From the NCBI GenBank assembly GCA_051453625.1, contig JBOZIK010000001.1:3720284-3753436 (forward strand): a stretch of DNA of 33,153 bases. Direction: 5' to 3'. Positions 24,126-33,153 of this stretch are shown here, one piece after another. Position 1 is the first letter of the stretch, and each line of letters opens with the position of its first letter. A program made the position numbers and the translations under genes. A model generated the notes under the pieces. That model did not search any database. It had not been told where the DNA came from and saw only the letters and a list, made by a program, of their open reading frames with translations. The stretch comes from Welwitschia mirabilis. Lineage: Eukaryota.

Positions 24126-25648
24126 AAATGGAATTGTAATTTCTAAAAAAAGCATGAATTTTTATGTCTTATAGGTTTTTAATTATTTTTTATTTTCCTA
24201 GTTATGGGTACTAGTCCTCTCTAGGGATACTTAAACTAGTCTATTTTCTCTTTCTTTTATAAGTTTGTTTATCTTTTCTTTTTAGTGATTGGTACTAGTC
24301 ATTTCTAGTGATATTTAAACTAGTCCTTTTTTTACTTTTTTTTAAAGTTTTCTCTATTGTAACTTGAGTTGGTTTTAGTTCTAATAGTATTTATGCATGT
24401 TGTAGTCAAGGAGCAGAGAAACTAAAATTTAACTTGCTTTACATGATTTTATTTCTATGTTTTTAAATTCTTGTTTTACTTTTCTATGCAAGCTTACTAT
24501 TAAAAACACTAAAAATCTAAAAAATTTTAATTAATTTTTACTAATAGTGGATTATGTGCATTTCAATTTTTATTTCTATTTTGGTTTTTTCATAACCTTA
24601 TAGCATTATTTGATCTATGAGACATTTGCAAAACTCTATGTTTTTATTGAAACTATAAGTCTCATTTTGATTAGTGTCACCACCTTCCTTGACCAGTGAC
24701 ACTAGCCATTTTACTTATAACTTTCTAAAATTTTATAGAATTTCCTTCCTAAACTATCTAAAATTTTTCATATATTATGTTCCTCTATAAACTTAAAAAG
24801 CTTAGAAAATGTAACTTTATAATTAAGTTTGATAACCCATTTTCCAAAAACTTAACATGAGTTGGATGTATAATTCCTTTGAAACACCTTCTAAATGCCA
24901 CTATTCTTGCCTATGAAGGCTACAATAATTTCTAAAACATTCCTAGTTATGTTTTACCTAAAACCATAAGAGATTTCATTTAGCTTAAGAAAATTTTAGG
25001 GGACTACATCAACAACCTTTATCATTCACCATCCTTTCCTGACTCATTTGACTAACACTTTCTACGTACTAATTAAGCTTCTTATATTGAATTTGAAACA
25101 TCTTATTTTCAGTAATATTTTGATCCCATACCTTTTATTACACCTCATTGCCCTTATCCTGTATCATTTAATCCTTACCATCCATCTTCATTCATGTAAT
25201 AACCTTCATTCATTCCATTTGAGGAGTTAGTAAAAGCTATTATAAATGCTTAAAACCAAATTAATCAAGATCATGAGATAACTTTGAAATAACACTTGTC
25301 TTTCCTAAATAACCTTAAGAAAATCCTATAAAAATAGCCTAGACTAGTGCTTAAATCATTAGAATTCTCAACTGGAATTCTCAATCAATATAAAGAAGAA
25401 ATTTCTATAATACACAAATTTAAGAGTTTTGAAAACACTAAAAGAATTAAGAATAGAAAACCAATTATACTCAAGACACATCCTCTATGATTAATGAATA
25501 AATTAATGAATAAATATATTAGGATCGTAAGTCTGTAAATGCACTAGTAAACGATTAATTATGCATAAGAAATCTATACTTTGGTAAAGGCTTAAACTTA
25601 TTAGAGGATAATTTAGAAGATGAACAGTCATGTAAGAAAGGCTATTAC

Positions 25649-26911
25649 TGGGATACCAATTTGTAGGAATTTAATGATGTATTTTGAGTTCTTTTGTAAG
25701 ATATTTACAAAATTTTGGATGCAATACTAATGATTATGAAGATTTGACAAGATGATTAATGAAACATGTAATTCTCAACATATTTTTAAGTTTCTTAGAC
25801 TTATTCTGATATTGCATACTTGGAAGAAGGATTCATCATTTAAAAAACTAACTTACTTTTAATATTGAAGCTAAGAAAGCTTGTCATCCCCTTTTTTTTA
25901 TGTCAGAAGTGCTATCATCTCTATGACAGATAGAAAAACAACACTACTGACATAGATAAAAGCTATGGGGTTGATAGTAGGGCATGAAGCTAATGAAATA
26001 TCTTTTGATATAGGGTAACATCCCCTATGTCATCCCCACAATAGTCAGGATGATAGCTATTTTTTAATTGTCAAAAATAATTATCTTTGTAACGGGGTCA
26101 AGTAACTCATTAGGACTGTTAGGATTTCATTTCCAACTTTTAGGGTTGAGTTTCTAGAACATCAATGTAAAATTATAAATACCCTTCCCCCCTCCTTCAT
26201 TTCTATTTCCATCTTTTATGCTCAATATGCTTTTGATAGAAGATTGAAGAACAAGAAGACCATCTAGTAGCTACAGAAAGGAGTTCCCTTGGTGTTAGGC
26301 TGAGTCTCTTCCATTAAGATGCTACCATTTTGTTGTAAGTGGATGTAAAGATCATAAAATCAATACAAATAATCTTTTAGTTAAATTTGTTTATGTTCCT
26401 TATGGTTTAAGTTGGTTATAGTCTAAGTGACAATTCTATAAGTTATTTAGATCATAAAGGCAACCTTTATAAAGGTTGACTTTAGTTAGTTTAGATTTGC
26501 ATTGTTATGTCATTTCCATTCTACATTGCATTTCATATTCTATTTGGTATATCTCATAGTTTATATTGATTAGGAATAAATTAAGTACTCTTCTTAATTG
26601 ATTTAAATTATAGAGAAGTTAGTTCTTGTGATAAAAGGATTAAGAAACAATAGAATTCATTCTACTTCCATTTGCATTTCATCTCCATTCACTTTGCATT
26701 ACATTTACTTTATTGTTTGCTTTCAGTTATTAAAAGATAAAAAACTAAAAATATCTTTGGAAATCAATTGTCTAACTCTGAGCCTAGTGCCTTCATTGGA
26801 ATTATGACATTTGGTTAAACTCCTGTCTATACTAGCATGTGTTTTTCTGTAAGTTATTTGATTACAGGTTTATCTAAGAGCTTCAGAATTGCATAAATTT
26901 ACACCGCAACA
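25649..26911 (+). mobile_element. 5' LTR of element D (1263 bp)
   Basis: The TG start is defined by the homology boundary with 1-490. It ends ...GCAACA 3 nt before the PBS. TATAAATA at 26174-26181. Confidence 0.85.
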
Positions 26912-26914
26912 TTT

Positions 26915-26932
26915 TGGCATCATTGCTAGAAA
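26915..26932 (+). promoter_or_regulatory. Decayed Athila-type (tRNA-Asp) PBS of element D
   Basis: TGGCATCATTGCTAGAAA vs TGGCGCCGTTGCCGGGGA; all differences are C>T or G>A. Confidence 0.8.
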
Positions 26933-27080
26933 AGGCAGCAAGGAGCTGGAGAATTATCACTAACTAGATAATTACCTTGAATATTCTGTTTAGGTTATTT
27001 ATTTGAATTAGTGTTATATCTTTAGCTTAGCTTAAAGTAGATTTATTTCTGCAATTTTTATTTTCTATAGTTTTACAAAC

Positions 27081-27430
27081 CTTGTCATCCTCTCTGTCAT
27101 CCTGACTACATTGGGAACAATAGTTCTAAAATTTCAAAATTTATTTTTACTTTTACAATTATTCTTTTGTTTATAGTCTAATAATAAAGTTACTATCATC
27201 TTCTCTGTCATCCTCATGATAGCTTGGATGATAGTCTGCTTCTTTTATAAATTTTGCAAATTTTTTTTTCACAATTTTAATAAAGTTACTAGTATCTTAT
27301 CTATTATCCCCATGACATCTTGAATGATAGTCTAGATTCTTTATTTTGATAACTTTTTTGAGTTTTAAATTTTTATTACTATGATCATCATCCTCCCTAT
27401 CATTTCCATGACCAAGCAGATGATTGTCTA
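27081..27430 (+). repeat. Four degenerate ~100-bp repeats in the 5' leader of element D, with CTGTCATCC...GGATGATAG hairpins
   Basis: Cores near 27083, 27194, 27292 and 27386. AATAAAGTTACTA precedes two of the units. Confidence 0.7.
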
Positions 27431-27736
27431 TTATTGTTAATTTTGGTTTTCTATTTGTTACTTGAGCATGCAGGGACATGGTGAATTCAAGTAGGAAAAC
27501 AAAATATTAGAGAGAATAAAACCTGATTAAATAAAATATCAAAGAAGGATTATTCAACTTTGAGAAAAGTCCAGATACACACATCCTAAGTACACAAATT
27601 TCCAAAATTAAAGAAGAAGATTTTTCTGCTTTTATTATTTCAGAATTAGATTTTCAAATGAAAATTGTAGTATAGAAGTAGATCATGTTATTTCTTCTTT
27701 AAATATGTTAAATGTATTGAAATCATTGCAAAAATA

Positions 27737-27833
27737 NNNNNNNNNNNNNNNNNNNNNNNNNNNNNNNNNNNNNNNNNNNNNNNNNNNNNNNNNNNNNNNN
27801 NNNNNNNNNNNNNNNNNNNNNNNNNNNNNNNNN
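27737..27833. other. Assembly gap (97 N)
   Basis: N run. Confidence 1.
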
Positions 27834-27919
27834 ATTCAAAATCCCTTTGATTTACCTCCTAGAGATGATGTAAAATTATGAAATTTAAGTGCATATCCAA
27901 CTTTTTTGGGGGAATATAA

Positions 27920-28049
27920 GGAAGAAATATATTAGTGACCATATCTATATGATTATTTTTCCAACATTTGGCTGACATTGAACAACTTGTACTTACCTTG
28001 GGAAATGGGAAGAAATATATTAGTGACCATATCTATATGATTATTTTTC
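27920..28049 (+). repeat. Perfect 42-bp direct repeat (27920-27961 and 28008-28049)
   Basis: ggaagaaatatattagtgaccatatctatatgattatttttc occurs twice, 46 nt apart. Confidence 0.95.
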
Positions 28050-28211
28050 TAATCACACTTAGAGGAAGAGAAAAAATTTGGCTTAAAACCATATCATATA
28101 AAAGTTTTAAATCTTGAATTTAAATATAAGAAGTATTTATCAAATGATTTTTGAGTGAAAGTTCCATAAGAAGAAGAAGGAAAAAAGTAACCAACTTCTA
28201 ATAACAACCTC

Positions 28212-28730
28212 NNNNNNNNNNNNNNNNNNNNNNNNNNNNNNNNNNNNNNNNNNNNNNNNNNNNNNNNNNNNNNNNNNNNNNNNNNNNNNNNNNNNNNNNN
28301 NNNNNNNNNNNNNNNNNNNNNNNNNNNNNNNNNNNNNNNNNNNNNNNNNNNNNNNNNNNNNNNNNNNNNNNNNNNNNNNNNNNNNNNNNNNNNNNNNNNN
28401 NNNNNNNNNNNNNNNNNNNNNNNNNNNNNNNNNNNNNNNNNNNNNNNNNNNNNNNNNNNNNNNNNNNNNNNNNNNNNNNNNNNNNNNNNNNNNNNNNNNN
28501 NNNNNNNNNNNNNNNNNNNNNNNNNNNNNNNNNNNNNNNNNNNNNNNNNNNNNNNNNNNNNNNNNNNNNNNNNNNNNNNNNNNNNNNNNNNNNNNNNNNN
28601 NNNNNNNNNNNNNNNNNNNNNNNNNNNNNNNNNNNNNNNNNNNNNNNNNNNNNNNNNNNNNNNNNNNNNNNNNNNNNNNNNNNNNNNNNNNNNNNNNNNN
28701 NNNNNNNNNNNNNNNNNNNNNNNNNNNNNN
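28212..28730. other. Assembly gap (519 N)
   Basis: N run. Confidence 1.
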
Positions 28731-29850
28731 ATGCTCCAACTAAACAACTACTAGATTTTTCTTATGGAGGCAACTTGTTGAACTTAGTCTTAGAAAAAGC
28801 ATGGAGTGTGTTAAAAAATCTTGTAGAGATAAGTCAAATTTGGCTAAACCTACTAAAAAAAATCAAACTGTGGGTCAAATTTTAAAAGATTAAAGGAAGT
28901 TAAACATGAAAAGGAAGAAGAAAGAGAATACTCAACTAACTTGATAAAAGATTTTACCACCACTTTAAAGAAGTATACACAGATGATAGTTGATGCCAAA
29001 GTAGTAAAGAATGAAACCTCAACTTCAAATTGTGAAATTTTTAAAGATAACTCTCATCCAACTAAAGTGTGTTTCATTACCAACTTTTAAGAAGAAGATG
29101 TTTAAGGAAGTTTATGCTTTTAACTAAAGAACATCCAACTTTAAAAGTCAATCACAATTTCAACAAAGATTGGATGGACAATCCTAATGGAAACCTTTTG
29201 AAAGTATATTTATAAATTCCAACTTTTAATCTAATTTTCAACAAAATCAGAATGATTCACTTAGAAAATCCATAAAAGAAATGTAAATAGTGCAACATAA
29301 AACTAATAGCAACATTGAAAACTTAGTAAATGTACTCTAACAAATAATATAATCAAAGACCATAAGGGTTCCTTGCATCTCAACCTTTACCCAACCCAAA
29401 TAAAGTTAAAAAAGATTTAAAGGTAGTAACACAAAGTGGAAATGATACAACACCTCCTACCCATAAGGATTTAACTTCTAAAAACAATGATATGAACGAA
29501 GAGAATGATGTAGAGATTTTGAATTCATACAAATTTCCATCAATATTACCTAATAAATCCTCCATTAAAAATTATTTCTTCATAAGGAAATGAAGGGAAT
29601 AAACCATCCACTCCTTGGCTTAATCGATTAAATACAAATCCTACATTTGATGAACACTTGAAATCTTTGATGTAAGAGGTAAAAAACAACTTTCTTTTTT
29701 GAAAACTCTTGTAAGAAAATCCTAAATATTTTAAGTTATGAAAGGACTTAGTTAGAAGAAATCAAAAATGTATCATTCCTAGCAAAGTTTTTCTTACTCA
29801 ATCTCTTTTCAACTTAGTCATGAAAAAGTGCCCTAAATTTAAAGACCTTA

Positions 29851-32800
29851 GAGCTACAATTATGAGTGTTAGCTTAAAATGAAATAAAGAATTTGAAAAG
29901 CCTTAATCGACATAGGAACAAATGTAAACATCATATATCTCCATATATGTAAGATACTTGGGTTAAAAAATAGAATAGAACCCACACCAATTATCTTGGA
30001 ATTGAATGATATCTCAATCAAGAAACCATTAGGAATTTTCAAAGACTTAGTTATCCAAATTGAGGAATCTTTTTAACACATAGATTTGTCATCATTGAAA
30101 TAGAACATGATGAAGGATATCCACTTCTTTTAGGAAGAGCATTTTTTATAACTACCTATTGTATCATTAACACACAATCTAGGATGATGAGATGTTATTT
30201 TGATAATAAATAATTTACCATTAGAGTTTTTGATGCTACTAAAAAGAACACAGAAACTGAGTTTAACTTTAAAGATGAACTGAAACTAACCTTGTTTTTA
30301 CAACATTAACCAATTGAGGAGAGATCAATCATGCTACATAAACTAACTTTATATGATGACCCTAATAAAACACACTGTCTTAAGTCTGAGGATGAGGAAC
30401 AAATTAATTGAGAAGAAACTTAACATTTTTATTTGGTAGAAAAACTCTTTGCAAAGTGTTACACCACATCTATCATCTCCATAACAGATGGAATGATAAC
30501 TTAAAATATCAGCTTTGAAATTAAGAAATTACTTGAAAGTTTAAAAAATATTTTTCTATCCAAAAATAAAATAAAATCCCTAATAATTAATGACCTTTTC
30601 ACTTCTCAGCAATAATCAAACTTAATATCACTCTTAACTTTGAAATAAAATGTATTTTCTTGGATACATAAAGGCTTCATTGCCATTCCTTTTTCCATAG
30701 TTCAACACAAAATTTACCTTGAAGATAATGCTAAACCTATTAAGTAGCCCTAAAGAAGACTCAAGTTAGCCCTTAAACAAATCATTAAAGATGAAATTAT
30801 TAAACTCATGGACACTAGAAACATATATGTCATATCTGATACTAAGTGGATTAGTTCTTTAATGGTATTTTTAAAGAAGGAGGGAAAATGGAAAATGTGC
30901 ATTGATTTTAGAAAACTTAATGAGCTTACTAAAAATTATCATTACCATTTACCCTTCTTAATCAAGTACTTGATAAAATTCAAGGTCATCCCTACTATAG
31001 TTTTCTTGATGGGTATAGTAACTATAATCAAATTTGTATAACAAGTAAATATTAAGCTAGGACCACTTTCACCTCATCCTTTGGAACCTTTTCTTTTAGA
31101 TAAATGTCCTTTGGACTTTGTAATGTTCCTGGAACATTTCAACAAGCCATGATGGGTATTTTTTTTAATATGATAGAAGACTATTAAAATCTTTATGGAT
31201 GACTTATCCATCTTTGATAATAATTTTGAATAAACCATAGAAAAATTAGAGAAAGTCCTAGATTGATGTATCAAGAGTGGCTTACACTTGAGTTGGGAAA
31301 AGAGTTTTCTCCTTGTCAATCATGGAATTGGCCTAAAACATCACATTTCAAAATAAGGGATTAGAATGGACCCCACAAAAGTTGATATCATTAAAAATCT
31401 TAGCCCTTTAACTAATGTTAAACAAGTTAGATCTTTTCTTGGTTATGCTAGTTTTTATCAATGTTTTATTCATGATTATGTCAGGATTTATAAACCTCTC
31501 CACTTCTTACTTGAAAAATATGTTAAATTTGATTATAACGATTCATGCTAACTTGCATTTGAAACCCTCAAAGAAAACATTTCTTCTGAATCTATTATCA
31601 CAGATCTTGATTGGAGTAAAGATTTTAAACTTATGTGTAATGCAAGTAACATTATTATAGAAGGGGTTCTTGGTCAAAAATATGAACATGGTTTCCAAGT
31701 CATATCTTTTCTTAGTAAATTTTTGTCCCAAGTCCAATTTAACTATACTACTACTGAGAGGGAAATGTTTGTCATTATCTGTTGCCTAGATCATCTTTAA
31801 CATTATCTTCTTAGTTTTTACATTAATATTTACACAGATCATATAGCCATCTACTATCTTATGACTAAAAAAATACTCTAGCACTAGAATTATTATGTGA
31901 GCCCTTCCCATGCAAAAATTTAATCTTGTCAACATTGATAAGGCTAAAAAACATAATAGTGTTGCTGATCATCTATCCCGACTTTCTTGCTCTCATAATG
32001 AAGTTCCCATTAATGATTCTTTTCTTGACAAGAAATTGTTTGCAATTAAATAACTTTATGCTATCTCTTCTACTTATCCCGCTCCTTGATATGCTGATAT
32101 TGTGAACTACCTTGTGATTATAAAAACTCCTTAGCATTGGAACCATAACCAATGTAAAACTTTTCTCCATAGGATCAGTGACTATGAATGGAATAAACTC
32201 CATCTCTATAGACATTGCAAAGATCAAATCATGCGTAAGTTTATACTTAGTGGGAAAGCTTAGAAATCCTAAAACTTTGCTATGGTGAGGTATGTGGGGA
32301 CACTTTAGTGGCTAAAAGACCATCATGAAAATTATTTACTTTGGTTTTTATTGGCCTACTCTTTTTAAGGATTCATATAACTTTGCTAGAAGGTGTGATG
32401 CATGTCAATGTTATGATAGCCTAATCTGTTCTCACAATATACCCTTTAAACCTATACTTGAATGTGAACTTTTTAATTGTTGGGGAATTGACTTTGTAGG
32501 CCCTATCACACCACCTTTTCATGACAAAAATTATATCCTTATCAATGTTGATTATGTTACTAAATAGATGGAGGCTATTCCTACTACCAAAAATGATGTT
32601 CAAACCATTTGCAACTTTGTTCGAACTCATATCTTTTAATGTTTTAGTTTTTCATAAATTATCATTAGTGATTAGGGAACTCATTTCATTAACCACTTTT
32701 TTTGCAAACTTCTTTTATCCATTGGTGTTGAACATCGAATAGCATAGACCTATCACCCTCAAACTAATGGTCAAGCTAAAAACGCAAATCGAGAAATAAA

Positions 32801-33153
32801 AAAGATGCTTAAAAAATTAGCCTCTATCAATAAGAAAACATGATCCTCTAAACTTAATGATGTTCTTTGGGCTTACTGTACTACTTGACATAATTCTCTA
32901 GGTTTTTTACCATATAAACTTATGTACGGAAAAGTTTGTATTTTACCGATTGATGTTTGTTATAATTCTTATAGCTTCACCCATTAAATTAATCTTATAC
33001 ACTTGAATGAAAACCTTAAAACTCGATTAGCCTAACTTGACCATTTAGATGAAAAACGAACTCATGCTTTACATTCTCAACTCATTCATAAAGCTCAAGC
33101 CAAGTTCAGACATGACAAAAAGATTATTCATAAGTAGTTTGAACCTAGTCAAC
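29851..33153 (+). pseudogene. Ty3/gypsy pol remnant of element D (PR-RT-RH-INT)
   Basis: PR: ALIDIGTNVNII (~29900-29935), PLLLGRAF. RT: SDTKWISS...KKEGKWKMCIDFRKLN, FLDGYSNYNQI, IFMDDLSIF (~31188-31215), VRSFLGYASFY. RH: MCNASN...GVLGQK, NYTTTEREM. INT: CGGHFSG, GFYWPTLFKD...CDACQ, WGIDFVGP, VDYVTK, IISD*GTHF, YHPQTNGQA. Numerous stops and frameshifts. Confidence 0.95.

Larger units (their letters stand above)
22750..25648 (+). mobile_element. Element C: second copy of the B family (5' LTR, PBS and part of the interior), interrupted by element D
   Basis: The LTR start (catgtaaaaattgacattc) and end (gatactagttcttatctagttttaaatcc) match the reverse complement of B's LTRs. Interior 24847-24898 matches the reverse complement of 16827-16876. 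Confidence 0.85.
27468..29850 (+). pseudogene. Gag remnant of element D (partly within N gaps)
   Basis: Translations FQHLADIEQLVLTLG...IFLITLRGREKIWL (27959-28085), decayed knuckle CEIFKDNSHPTKVC (~29031-29072) and LASQPLPNPK (~29373-29400). Confidence 0.8.
25649..33153 (+). mobile_element. Element D: decayed Athila-like Ty3/gypsy retrotransposon, running off the window end
   Basis: LTR, PBS, gag, PR, RT, RH and INT in gypsy order. Confidence 0.92.

Noticed and set aside
28094..28747. The two longest ORFs in the track (217 aa and 199 aa)
   Set aside because: Artefacts of reading through the 519-N gap, antisense to gag.
31074..32742. Minus-strand and off-frame ORFs overlapping pol of element D
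   Set aside because: Alternative or antisense frames of the fragmented pol.
1..33153. Host genes, tRNA/rRNA genes, DNA transposons, species assignment
   Set aside because: No supporting motifs were seen. The element types point to a land plant, but the species cannot be determined from this window.

Overview
Very AT-rich, strongly CpG-depleted eukaryotic DNA, most likely plant heterochromatin, made almost entirely of old, nested, decayed LTR retrotransposons. I found no host gene, RNA gene or CRISPR array. Reconstruction: (A) a minus-strand Ty1/copia element with Sirevirus-like features (~10072-22749: gag knuckle, PR, INT, RT, RH, a probable env-like ORF2 and a PPT). (B) A complete non-autonomous Athila-like element (12003-19078, two ~1.43-kb LTRs, TSD ACTTC, no pol) inserted in A. 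(C) A second copy of the B family in the opposite orientation (from 22750) inserted in A's gag. (D) An autonomous-type Athila-like Ty3/gypsy element (25649 to window end, decayed gag-pol) inserted in C, with a related LTR fragment at 1-490. (E) A minus-strand Ty3/gypsy element (~4955-10071) whose RT domain has been deleted. All coding regions are pseudogenised. There are three N gaps. The best novelty candidates are the pol-less B/C family with its own conserved ORF start, the RT-less element E, and several hairpin or palindrome arrays. All alignments and translations were done by eye, so most boundaries are approximate.
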